A stretch of 64,000 nt of DNA from an uncultured Candidatus Saccharibacteria bacterium. GTDB lineage: Bacteria > Patescibacteriota > Minisyncoccia > Phycocordibacterales > CALRHW01. The position numbers and the translations under genes are program-made. Positions 30,150-38,996 of this stretch are shown one piece after another (position 1 is the first letter of the stretch; each line of letters opens with the position of its first letter). The notes below the pieces were generated by a model. It was given only the letters and a program-made list of their open reading frames with translations, was not told where the DNA came from and made no database searches. The stretch covers positions 11,307 through 75,306 of the forward strand of contig CAYMIL010000001.1 of the NCBI GenBank assembly GCA_964390845.1, written 5' to 3'.

Positions 30150-30851
30150 CAACACATTGTTCCATGCCTCCAAAGTTAGTTTTCCTGAGTCTTCATTTTT
30201 TGTATATATAGTTACACTAGCATTTTTGGGTGCATTTTTTCCTTTCAGAAATTCTTCCATTTCCTCCCACGTCATCTCGTCTAAGATAAATCGAAAACAT
30301 TGGATGATTCGCCCATGTGTAACTAGCACTACGGTTTTGTCTTCGTAGGTGGTATAGAGTTCTTTAAGAAATGGTTTGAGGCGCTGTTCGATAACATCCA
30401 TCAAACTTTCACCGCCAACTGGTCGTGCAAACAAACCTCCAACAATGTCCCAATAGTGTTGTATGTAGGGAAAGTAAAGATTCTTGTCAGCCTCAAGGAG
30501 TACGTGGGTGTACCCACTTTCTCGTTCCCTGAGCGATAAATGTTCCTTAATCGGGATAGAGTTATTTTCATATGCGGTTAGTAGTTCTGTCGTTGTCTGT
30601 CGGGTTCTTTGATAACCAGAGTGGAACAATACATCTGGAGTGCCAATAAGTTCTTTGAGATGTTTAGACGTTTCTCGAGCCTGAAGAATTCCTGCGTTGG
30701 TAAGATTGATTTTATGATCCGGAATTTTTGAAAGAGACTCAAGTCCAGACGGGTCTTCGGTAAATAGTGCGTCGTTTGCTGCCTTATTTTTTTCTGATTC
30801 CGCGTGACGAATGAGGATAAGTTTTTTTGGAGTTCCTGACATATTTTTCAT
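30123..30851 (-). CDS. histidine phosphatase superfamily (phosphoglycerate mutase-like) protein; 3' end overlaps tRNA-Ala antisense by 27 nt
   Basis: LIRHAESEKN (RHG-type) and VLVTHG motifs. Confidence 0.55.
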   Translation of the reverse strand: MKNMSGTPKKLILIRHAESEKNKAANDALFTEDPSGLESLSKIPDHKINLTNAGILQARETSKHLKELIGTPDVLFHSGYQRTRQTTTELLTAYENNSIPIKEHLSLRERESGYTHVLLEADKNLYFPYIQHYWDIVGGLFARPVGGESLMDVIEQRLKPFLKELYTTYEDKTVVLVTHGRIIQCFRFILDEMTWEEMEEFLKGKNAPKNASVTIYTKNEDSGKLTLEAWNNVLWTLSDSNR

Positions 30852-30961
30852 GCTAGCACAGGTTGTGTATTGGTGCACGACTATGCTATAAATTTATGCA
30901 TATCAGCGTGGGTCGAAACTCGCGCGCAGTTCTTTGGGGAAACAGAAAGAAGGTGATAGCT

Positions 30962-31573
30962 ATGACGTGTCGTTCCGTTCCAACCTCAGTCGTCATCGTT
31001 GGTGAGGCGGGGACGGGAACGTCCTCCCTTCTCAGTGCGCTTCACAGCCAACTCAGTTTCAGGTGCCGTTCGGCGGGTAGTGAGGTGCGCAGGGCGCTTA
31101 TTCAGCGCAATGTCGACATCAACAACCCGGGCAGTCTCTATGAGACCGACGAGGAGTTTGACCTGAGGATTGACAGAGCGAATCGAGAGTTCATTGCCGA
31201 TGACGGCACCGCTCTCGACTGCCGACTCGGCCTGCTTGCGACAGAGGGCATGAGTCACGTGCTCAAGGTCAGACTCATCTGCGATCCGGAAGTGCGCTAC
31301 CAGCGCATCGCCGCACGCGAAGGGATTGCCCTCAGCCAAGCGGCAGAGCGAACGAAGGCTCGCGACGAACGCGACCTCAGGCGCCTCTCGACCATCTACA
31401 AGAAGACCCGCCAGGAGATCTACGGACTTCATCACTTCGATCGGGTGTTCGATACCACGGATACCTCGACGGAAGTGTGTGTTCGCGTGATCCAGAGCCT
31501 GTGCGCGCTCCCTCTCTTCGATGGGACCACCGTTCCCATGACCTGCTGTGGCCGATGTGCCAACGGCCGGTGA
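30962..31573 (+). CDS. P-loop kinase resembling archaeal-type (type 2) cytidylate kinase, in ~58% GC island
   Basis: IVGEAGTGTSSL Walker A; LKVRLICDPEVRYQRIAAREG...ERDLRR lid/C-terminal pattern; GAAGGTGA SD. Confidence 0.45.
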   Translation: MTCRSVPTSVVIVGEAGTGTSSLLSALHSQLSFRCRSAGSEVRRALIQRNVDINNPGSLYETDEEFDLRIDRANREFIADDGTALDCRLGLLATEGMSHVLKVRLICDPEVRYQRIAAREGIALSQAAERTKARDERDLRRLSTIYKKTRQEIYGLHHFDRVFDTTDTSTEVCVRVIQSLCALPLFDGTTVPMTCCGRCANGR

Positions 31574-31593
31574 ACAACGCCCCCCCCAACTAG

Positions 31594-31637
31594 CCCTGTG
31601 CACCGCCCTCAAGGTGGTGTACGGGGTTATTTTTTTG
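31594..31637 (+). terminator. rho-independent terminator (CCCTGTGCACC...GGTGGTGTACGGGG with G:U pairs, then TTATTTTTTTGTTG)
   Basis: folded by hand. Confidence 0.45.
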
Positions 31638-31654
31638 TTGTAAAATAAGCTGTA

Positions 31655-31678
31655 ATGACGGGTCTGTATATCCGTCAT
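31655..31678. promoter_or_regulatory. palindrome ATGACGG-N10-CCGTCAT 6 nt upstream of ECF sigma start
   Basis: read directly. Confidence 0.3.
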
Positions 31679-31683
31679 ATTCT

Positions 31684-32196
31684 ATGGATTCGCGCACAGA
31701 GGCACAATTTCTTGAGTCATATAAGGAACACGCTGATGCTTTGTTCCGATATTGCTACTTTAAGACCCTTCAGCGAGAAGAGGCAAAAGACATGCTTCAG
31801 GATGTATTCGTAAAGACATGGGAATATATCAACAAGGGAGGTGAGGTAGAAAATATGAAGGCATTTTTGTATCGAACAGCTCACAATATAGTTGTCGATC
31901 ACTATCGCAAGAAAAAGACCGTCTCGCTAGACGACCTCGCAGATCAGGGTTTTGATCCTGGCGCGGATACCACACAAGAACTTGAAAACCAGATAGATGG
32001 CGCGCATGCGATTTCTCTACTCAACAAAATTCCCGATGCGTATCGCGATGTGATTTTTATGCAGTATGTTGATGGTCTCAGTGTAAAAGAAATTGCAGAT
32101 ATTCTTGGAGAAACACCAAACAATGTCTCAGTAAAAATTCACCGAGGACTTGAAAAGTTGCGAAAAGTATACAACGACAATGGATCCAGAAATTAA
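31684..32196 (+). CDS. ECF-subfamily RNA polymerase sigma-70 factor
   Basis: sigma70 region 2 and region 4 (GLSVKEIADILGETPNNVSVKIHRGLEKLR). Confidence 0.8.
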   Translation: MDSRTEAQFLESYKEHADALFRYCYFKTLQREEAKDMLQDVFVKTWEYINKGGEVENMKAFLYRTAHNIVVDHYRKKKTVSLDDLADQGFDPGADTTQELENQIDGAHAISLLNKIPDAYRDVIFMQYVDGLSVKEIADILGETPNNVSVKIHRGLEKLRKVYNDNGSRN

Positions 32197-33463
32197 AAAA
32201 GTAATACAGAGTATTCGAAAGATTTCTCTTTCTTCTAGTGAAAAGAGGGCTCTTTTGAGTGAAATAACATCGCGTATGCGGGCAGATGCTCCGTACGTAT
32301 CGGCGCAGTCGCCTGTACGTCGCCCGATACTTTCCCCATATTTTTTCCACGCTCAGCGTTACGCGGTCTTTGCGTTCGTTGCTGTGTTTGTCGTGTTGGG
32401 TGGTAGCGCCTCTGCTCTCGCGCAGTCAGCGCTTCCGGGTGATGTGCTCTACACCGTAAAGGTCAACATCAACGAAGAAATTCGTTCTATGTTTGCATTT
32501 AATGCAGAATCAAAAGCATATTTTGAAACACAGCGCGCGGGAGAACGCCTTGAAGAAGCAAAAACACTTGCGATGAAGGGCGAGCTCACGAGTGACACTA
32601 AGGCAGAAATCCAAAAGAATCTTGCTAAGCATGTTCAGAAAGTTCAGGAGCAGATTCAGACAATCGAGGCAGGCAACAATCTTCCAGCCGCTATTAAAGT
32701 AAGTGAAAATCTAGAGCAATCGTTGCGTACGTACACAAAGCCACTTGTTCAACTTGAAGAAACTCGCAAAAGTGCACGGGTTGTAGCATCTCGCACATCG
32801 ACTCGTTCTACTGCAAAGAAAGTACCACAGGAAAGCACTGAGGCTCCTGTTGCTGTGTCCGCATCTATCGCGTCTGAGCCAGCTTCAGAGTCCGTTTCAG
32901 AGCCTGTCGCACTCATGGCTGAGCCTGTCGTAGAAGATGTATCTGAGCCAGCCGTGTCTGCATCTCTCGCATCCGAGCTTATTCCTGAAGAAATTTCTGA
33001 TGTTACTGCGATGGTAGAAAGCACTGAATTGACTGATATTGTAAATAGTGTTCAGCAAAGTATTAGTACGGCAACACAGGTTCGCGAAGAAGTAGAACAA
33101 AAAATTCTTACCGCAACAGGTGATGTTCAGCGTGCGATTGCCGAAGAAAAACGTGCTATTGCTCTTACTCAAATAGAGCAAGCTCGTTTTCTTGCGTTCG
33201 GCACATCTACACCGCCAATTGTCGCTACAAGTACAAAAAATATGAACGCCTCGACAACACTTGCGCTTGCGTATGATTTTATTGCACAAGGCGATACTTC
33301 TTTTGCTACGGAAGCATACGTAGACGCGTACACATTGTTTAAGAAGGCGCTTGAGTCTGCGACAGCTATTGTCGAAGAATACACCCCTGCAGTTTCAGAG
33401 GGTAAGGTCCTTGGAGATAGCACGGTAGAGGTGGGCACTTCAACTCCTAAAGTTTCGAAATAG
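32180..33463 (+). CDS. putative anti-sigma/partner membrane protein with Ser/Glu/Pro-rich repeats (SEPASESVSEPVALMAEPVVEDVSEP)
   Basis: overlaps sigma gene end; single TM after cytoplasmic N-terminus; low-complexity acidic repeats. Confidence 0.4.
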   Translation: MDPEIKKVIQSIRKISLSSSEKRALLSEITSRMRADAPYVSAQSPVRRPILSPYFFHAQRYAVFAFVAVFVVLGGSASALAQSALPGDVLYTVKVNINEEIRSMFAFNAESKAYFETQRAGERLEEAKTLAMKGELTSDTKAEIQKNLAKHVQKVQEQIQTIEAGNNLPAAIKVSENLEQSLRTYTKPLVQLEETRKSARVVASRTSTRSTAKKVPQESTEAPVAVSASIASEPASESVSEPVALMAEPVVEDVSEPAVSASLASELIPEEISDVTAMVESTELTDIVNSVQQSISTATQVREEVEQKILTATGDVQRAIAEEKRAIALTQIEQARFLAFGTSTPPIVATSTKNMNASTTLALAYDFIAQGDTSFATEAYVDAYTLFKKALESATAIVEEYTPAVSEGKVLGDSTVEVGTSTPKVSK

Positions 33464-33487
33464 TCAGTACTGCGATATAATTTTCGC

Positions 33488-34729
33488 ATGCCTGATAATT
33501 CAAATCCTTTCGCTAACGCGATTTCTCAATTGGAGCGCGCCGCTTCAGTTGCGCAAGTAAGTCCGGCGTTTATTGAGCGCATGAAGTTTCCGGATCGTCA
33601 TGTCGAGGTAAGTATTCCTGTGCGCATGGATGATGGAACAGAGCGCATCTTTCAAGGTTTTCGAAGTCAGCACAACAATGCCCGCGGTCCATACAAGGGT
33701 GGTATCCGCTTTCATCCCAATGTTGATCTCGACGAAGTTCGCGCACTCAGTTTTTGGATGACTTTTAAAACAGCGGTCGTTGGAGTGCCGTTTGGTGGTG
33801 GTAAGGGTGGTGTTGTGGTAGATCCAAAAACCCTGAGCGCTCGGGAGCTTGAAGCGGTCGCGCGTGGATATGTGCAGAAAATGTATCCTGTGCTCGGGCC
33901 AGAAATCGATGTTCCGGCACCCGATGTAAACACAGGTGAAGTCATTATGGGATATATGCTCGATGAGTATGAGCGTATGGTACAGAAAAAAGCACCCGCA
34001 ACGTTTACGGGAAAAGCTGTCTCAAATGGCGGGAGCGAGGGGCGTACTGAAGCAACTGGTTTTGGCGGTGGTGTTGTGTTGAGAGAGATTATGCGCGCAG
34101 GGTTCCTTCCTGCTGTAGAAAAACCCCGTGTTGCGATTCAGGGTTTTGGAAATGTTGCGACATATATGGCAGAGAGTGCGGTACAGCAGGGAATGTCTGT
34201 CGTTGCATTATCTGACAGTTCTGGTGGTGTATATGCCTCTGGTGGTATTGATATCGCTAAAGCATTGGCGCACAAAAAGCAGACAGGATCGCTTGCTCAT
34301 CTTGAAGGCACAACACCTATTTCAAACGAAGAATTGCTCGCATCCGATGTGGATATTCTTATTCCATCAGCTCTTGAAAATGTTCTTACGGGGGAAAACG
34401 CGAGTGCTGTGCGTGCCCGACTCGTGCTTGAAATGGCAAATGGTCCGACAACACAGAAGGCAGATGATGTGATGCATGAGCGTGGTATCGTGGTTGTGCC
34501 AGACATTCTCGCAAACAGTGGTGGTGTCGCAACAAGCTATTTTGAATGGTATCAAAACATGCACAACGAGCGTTGGACTCGAGAAGAAGTGTTGCACAAA
34601 CTCGATCAGCGTATGACGGAAGCTGTTGCGGCAGTGTGTGCGATGCGAGCAAAATACAACACCACACTTCGAAATGCCGCATATATTCTTGCTGTAGAGC
34701 GCATACAAGAAAAAATGAATATCGTATAA
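33488..34729 (+). CDS. gdhA: NAD(P)-dependent glutamate dehydrogenase
   Basis: GPYKGGIRFHP, VVGVPFGGGKGG active-site blocks; Rossmann GFGNVA. Confidence 0.85.
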   Translation: MPDNSNPFANAISQLERAASVAQVSPAFIERMKFPDRHVEVSIPVRMDDGTERIFQGFRSQHNNARGPYKGGIRFHPNVDLDEVRALSFWMTFKTAVVGVPFGGGKGGVVVDPKTLSARELEAVARGYVQKMYPVLGPEIDVPAPDVNTGEVIMGYMLDEYERMVQKKAPATFTGKAVSNGGSEGRTEATGFGGGVVLREIMRAGFLPAVEKPRVAIQGFGNVATYMAESAVQQGMSVVALSDSSGGVYASGGIDIAKALAHKKQTGSLAHLEGTTPISNEELLASDVDILIPSALENVLTGENASAVRARLVLEMANGPTTQKADDVMHERGIVVVPDILANSGGVATSYFEWYQNMHNERWTREEVLHKLDQRMTEAVAAVCAMRAKYNTTLRNAAYILAVERIQEKMNIV

Positions 34730-34736
34730 TACACGT

Positions 34737-35705
34737 ATGGAAGAAGCTCTCAAAAATTTTGCACAACAATTTGCGTGGAAACCTATAATTGAGCACGAGG
34801 ATGCTTTGCCGCGCGAACGAAGAAGTGTTGTGCTTTGTGGTATGGGTGGTTCACACCTTGCGGCGGATATTTTGAAGATGGTGCGACCAGAGACTGATAT
34901 ATACATACATCGAGATTATGGCTTGCCTGCACTCGATGACGCGAAATACAGTACGGCACTTCATATCGCAAGTTCTCATTCTGGAAATACAGAAGAAGTC
35001 CTCGACTTTGTGAGTGAAGCGCTAAAACGCGGTCGGTCTGTCGCTGTCATTTCTTCTGGAGGTGCTCTCATAGACGTTGCTCGCACACATTCATTGCCCT
35101 ACGTACTTTTGCCAGACGGTGGGATACAGCCTCGTGTTGCTATCGGCCATGCACTCGTGGCGCTCGGTGCACTTTTGGGAGATACTCCTCTTCTGCAGGA
35201 GCTAGGGCGGCTGGCTGTCGAGTGGAAACCCTCGGAGATAGAAGCAGAGGGAAAAGCGCTTGCATGGAAAATGCAAGGGAAGATTCCGCTTGTGTATGCT
35301 TCTCGAGCTCGTAGCGCACTCGCAATGAATTGGAAGATTCGTTTTAATGAAACGGCGAAAATCCCTGCATTTCACAATGTGTTTCCCGAGCTCAATCACA
35401 ACGAAATGGAAGGTTTTGATCTGATGAATCAAATGGAAATGTCGACAAACATTTTTCATTTCATCTTTCTCTTTGACAAAAACGACCACCCACGTATTTC
35501 TCGTCGAATGATTATTACTCGAAAATTGCTTGAAGCTCGAGGTTACACCGTGTCTGTTGTTGAGAGTGCAGAAAAAAATCCTTGGATCAACGCATTTCAT
35601 TTGTTACTTCTTGCCGACTGGACAGCAGTGCATATTGCTCAGGAAAACGATGTTGACCCCGAGCAGGTGCCAATGATTTCAGAATTAAAAGAAAAACTTT
35701 CCTAA
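34737..35705 (+). CDS. SIS-domain bifunctional phosphoglucose/phosphomannose isomerase family
   Basis: VLCGMGGSHLAADIL SIS motif. Confidence 0.6.
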   Translation: MEEALKNFAQQFAWKPIIEHEDALPRERRSVVLCGMGGSHLAADILKMVRPETDIYIHRDYGLPALDDAKYSTALHIASSHSGNTEEVLDFVSEALKRGRSVAVISSGGALIDVARTHSLPYVLLPDGGIQPRVAIGHALVALGALLGDTPLLQELGRLAVEWKPSEIEAEGKALAWKMQGKIPLVYASRARSALAMNWKIRFNETAKIPAFHNVFPELNHNEMEGFDLMNQMEMSTNIFHFIFLFDKNDHPRISRRMIITRKLLEARGYTVSVVESAEKNPWINAFHLLLLADWTAVHIAQENDVDPEQVPMISELKEKLS

Positions 35706-35706
35706 T

Positions 35707-36531
35707 ATGTACCTCTTGTTTGATATTGGTGGCACTCGTACACGCGTTGCGTATTCAGCCGATGGGGCAACGATCGGAGATCATGTATCGTTTGAAACTC
35801 CAGCACACTGTGCTGAGGGTGTTGAGGCGATTGTGCAGGCTGCGCACTCTCTGGGTGCATTTGGAAACATTACCGCGGCGTCTGGAGGGGTGCCAGGAAT
35901 TCTTGATGAGAAAAAAGCAGGGCTTCTTTCAGCACCACACCTTCCTGCGTGGGCGGGAGAGCCGTTTGTAGATTTGTTGTCTACAGCGCTTGGTGTGCCA
36001 GTATATATAGAAAACGATGCGACACTAGCTGGCCTCGGAGAGGCACACCATGGTGCTGGTCGTGGTGTGGGTATTATGGAGTACATTACGGTGAGCACGG
36101 GCGTTGGTGGTACTCGGATTGTAGACGGTCGCATTGATGAAAAGGCACTTGGTTTTGAGCCGGGCAAAGAAATACTTTCCTTTGAAGCGGGTAGTGTCCA
36201 CACGTTTGAAGATGCGGTGTCGGGCACTGCACTTGAGAAAAAGTATGGGAGAAAACCCAAGGACATCCATGAGCCAGAAGTGTGGGAAGAACTCTCAGTA
36301 CTTCTTGCTCGCGGACTCTACAACACCATACTCCTGTGGTCTCCTGATGTGATAGTATTGGGTGGTTCGATGATTACTGGTAATCCCGCGATTCCACTTG
36401 AGAGAACAAAAGCTCATATGATGGACACAGCCTCAGTGCTTCCGCGGGTGCCGGACATTCGAAAGGCAGAACTCGGTGATGTGGGAGGTTTGTGGGGTGC
36501 ACTTGAATATATAAAACAATATACACACTAA
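35707..36531 (+). CDS. ROK/BadF-type sugar kinase (putative glucokinase)
   Basis: LLFDIGGTRTRVA actin-fold phosphate-1 motif; position after isomerase. Confidence 0.55.
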   Translation: MYLLFDIGGTRTRVAYSADGATIGDHVSFETPAHCAEGVEAIVQAAHSLGAFGNITAASGGVPGILDEKKAGLLSAPHLPAWAGEPFVDLLSTALGVPVYIENDATLAGLGEAHHGAGRGVGIMEYITVSTGVGGTRIVDGRIDEKALGFEPGKEILSFEAGSVHTFEDAVSGTALEKKYGRKPKDIHEPEVWEELSVLLARGLYNTILLWSPDVIVLGGSMITGNPAIPLERTKAHMMDTASVLPRVPDIRKAELGDVGGLWGALEYIKQYTH

Positions 36532-36533
36532 CT

Positions 36534-36758
36534 ATGTCGATTAAAGATTTTTTTATGAGAAAGATTCTTGCGTCAAAGCTCAAGAATGTTCCAGAAGCTC
36601 AGCGCAATCAGATGTTGGATATGATTCAAAAAAATCCTGAACTTTTTCAGCAGATTGGCCGTGAGGTGCAAGAAAAAATGAGTCATGGCATGGACCAAAT
36701 GGCGGCAAGTATGGAGGTAATGAGAAAATACGAGGGAGAACTCAGAAAAATAATGTAG
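36534..36758 (+). CDS. small helical hypothetical protein (74 aa)
   Basis: ORF begins 3 nt after ROK kinase stop; no identifiable domain. Confidence 0.3.
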   Translation: MSIKDFFMRKILASKLKNVPEAQRNQMLDMIQKNPELFQQIGREVQEKMSHGMDQMAASMEVMRKYEGELRKIM

Positions 36759-36857
36759 TTGCTTTTGGGTCGTGTTCGCTGTATTCTTGTAGGTAGAAAG
36801 CGTGCCGTATCACGCAATCACTGACACTCTTGAAAACCAGAAAGGAGGTGATGAGTC

Positions 36858-37187
36858 ATGAACAGCAAACAGCCTGTTCGCGGACTGAAGTACGAGGGCC
36901 TCGTAGAGCTTCAACTTAAGCGACTTCGTTTTCTCGAAGGAGTGCGCGAAGCGTGTAAGGGGAAGCCTGGCGGTATTGGGGTTCGGAAAAACTGGACCCC
37001 CGAAGATCGTCAGACGCACAAGGAGCACAAGGCTCGCATCCATGCTCATCGAGAGCTGTATAAAATCGATGATGCCATGGCGCAGGATGCCCTCGACGAA
37101 GCCGTGAAGCGCCATGAGGAACTCAAGGTGCTTCAGGACATTCCAGAAGATCAGCAAGAAGGAACAAGCCATGCAGATGCAGCGTGA
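36858..37187 (+). CDS. hypothetical protein in ~55% GC island (AAAGGAGGTGA SD)
   Basis: strong SD, GC3-rich frame, own terminator. Confidence 0.4.
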   Translation: MNSKQPVRGLKYEGLVELQLKRLRFLEGVREACKGKPGGIGVRKNWTPEDRQTHKEHKARIHAHRELYKIDDAMAQDALDEAVKRHEELKVLQDIPEDQQEGTSHADAA

Positions 37188-37213
37188 AAGCTGGCATGAG
37201 TTGTTCGCCAGGT

Positions 37214-37268
37214 AAGGCGTCGTTCGGATGAAATTCGATCGACGCTTTCCTTTTGTCTTTATTTTTTA
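37214..37268 (+). terminator. rho-independent terminator (AAGGCGTCG...CGACGCTTT + T-rich tail)
   Basis: folded by hand. Confidence 0.45.
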
Positions 37269-37281
37269 TACTCTATACACC

Positions 37282-38379
37282 ATGTCGTTATCAGTCGGAA
37301 TCGTTGGTTTGCCAAATGTGGGAAAGTCCACACTCTTCAATGCTCTTACAAAAAAGAGTGTTCTTGCCGCGAATTATCCCTTTGCCACAATCGACCCATC
37401 CGTGGGCGTGGTAGAGGTTCCCGATGAACGTCTCTGGAAACTTTCTGCGTTTTCCAACACGCAAAAGACAGTGCCTGCCGCGGTGGAATTCGTAGATATT
37501 GCGGGGCTTGTAAAAGGCGCGTCGGAAGGCGAGGGCCTTGGAAATCAATTTCTCACAAATATTCGCGAAACAGATGCTATTGCTCAGGTTGTACGTATTT
37601 TTGAAGATGAAAATATTATTCATGTCGATGGAAAAATACATCCAGTAGGGGATATTGAGGTAATCAATCTTGAGCTTATTTTGGCTGATTTACAAACAGT
37701 CACAAAGAGACTTGGCAATTTGGGGCGCGATGTGAAGCGTGGAGACAAAACAGCGCTTCTTGAGCACGACGCGCTCATTCGTATTGAAAGCGCCCTCAAG
37801 GATGGTAAGCTTGCATCGTCTGTTGCACTCAATGATCTAGAAAAGCCTCTTGTGAAGCAGCTTCACCTCCTTACCTCAAAACCAATGATGTATGTGCTCA
37901 ATAAAAAAGCTGGGGGGAAAAATCTTGATGAAATAAAAGATGAACGATGGGACGCCCTACTCACATTTCTTAATAACTCTGGCGCAAAATGGGTAGTTGT
38001 TGACGCGCGCATCGAAGAAGAGCTCAAGGATATGTCTGGTGAAGAAAAAACGATGTTTAGAGGTGAGCTCGGAGCGCACGATGACGGTATCAACAATCTG
38101 ATTCGTACTGGCTACGATTTGCTCAATCTCATTACATATTTCACGACAGGCGAAAAAGAAACGCGGGCATGGACTATTGTGCGGGGATGGAATGCACCAA
38201 TGGCGGGAACAGCTATTCATACAGACTTTAAAGATAAATTTGTGCGCGCAGAAGTCGTAGAGTGGGACAAACTCATTGAAGCAGGCTCATACGGCGCCGC
38301 TCGTGAAAAAGGCCTTGTGCGAACTGAAGGAAAAGAATACATCGTCAAAGACGGTGATGTGATTGAGTTTAAGATTTAG
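37282..38379 (+). CDS. ychF: ribosome-binding ATPase YchF (Obg-family GTPase fold + TGS)
   Basis: [19 protein letters not shown]1, C-terminal TGS-like domain. Confidence 0.85.
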   Translation: MSLSVGIVGLPNVGKSTLFNALTKKSVLAANYPFATIDPSVGVVEVPDERLWKLSAFSNTQKTVPAAVEFVDIAGLVKGASEGEGLGNQFLTNIRETDAIAQVVRIFEDENIIHVDGKIHPVGDIEVINLELILADLQTVTKRLGNLGRDVKRGDKTALLEHDALIRIESALKDGKLASSVALNDLEKPLVKQLHLLTSKPMMYVLNKKAGGKNLDEIKDERWDALLTFLNNSGAKWVVVDARIEEELKDMSGEEKTMFRGELGAHDDGINNLIRTGYDLLNLITYFTTGEKETRAWTIVRGWNAPMAGTAIHTDFKDKFVRAEVVEWDKLIEAGSYGAAREKGLVRTEGKEYIVKDGDVIEFKI

Positions 38380-38392
38380 CTCAGGCGTAAGG

Positions 38393-38421
38393 GTTTAAAT
38401 TTGCCCAAAAACTGGTATAAT
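38393..38421 (+). promoter_or_regulatory. sigma70 promoter TTTAAA-N17-TATAAT with TG extension; ATG 9 nt after -10 (leaderless-type)
   Basis: read directly. Confidence 0.35.
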
Positions 38422-38429
38422 GCGCGCAT

Positions 38430-38996
38430 ATGAATCAGAAAAAACCAGCCGTTGTAAAGTGGGCTCTTATCATAGGTATCACTATTGTTCTTAACCTCTT
38501 TTTCAATTACGCCGCGTCGCTTGTATTTACACAGCCTGAATATAATAATTTCTGCCCTCAAGCTCAGGTGATGCAAGCATTGTCTGACGAGCGTGCGTGT
38601 GTGCAAGCTGGTGGTCAGTGGAATGGATACGCAACGCCTGTTATGGAAAAATCTGCAACGGGACAAACTGTTGCTGTGAGTGGCTATTGCGATCCGCAGT
38701 TTACATGTCGACAAAATTTTGATGCCGCACAAAAAACATATGACAGAAATGTGTTCGTGACACTTGTTGTGCTTGGGGTTCTCTGTATCGCGTACGCTCT
38801 TATTTCCAGAAAAAATGAAGTATTGGCTACAGCGCTGTCCTTTGGAGGTGTGTTGTCGTTTGTTATTGCTTCGATGAGATATTGGTCCCACGCAGACAAC
38901 ATCCTCAAGGTCGTCATTCTTGGTCTCGCGCTTGCGATACTGGTTGGTATTACACTTCGAACATTTAAAGATAGCAGTGAAACAGTACGATCATAA
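38430..38996 (+). CDS. hypothetical membrane protein with Cys-containing extracytoplasmic loop
   Basis: TM at N-terminus and 2 TM at C-terminus. Confidence 0.4.
   Translation: MNQKKPAVVKWALIIGITIVLNLFFNYAASLVFTQPEYNNFCPQAQVMQALSDERACVQAGGQWNGYATPVMEKSATGQTVAVSGYCDPQFTCRQNFDAAQKTYDRNVFVTLVVLGVLCIAYALISRKNEVLATALSFGGVLSFVIASMRYWSHADNILKVVILGLALAILVGITLRTFKDSSETVRS

Noticed and set aside
34367-34906. Overlapping minus-strand ORFs (179 and 136 aa) across the gdh / PGI-PMI junction
   Set aside because: Antisense to two confidently identified enzymes.
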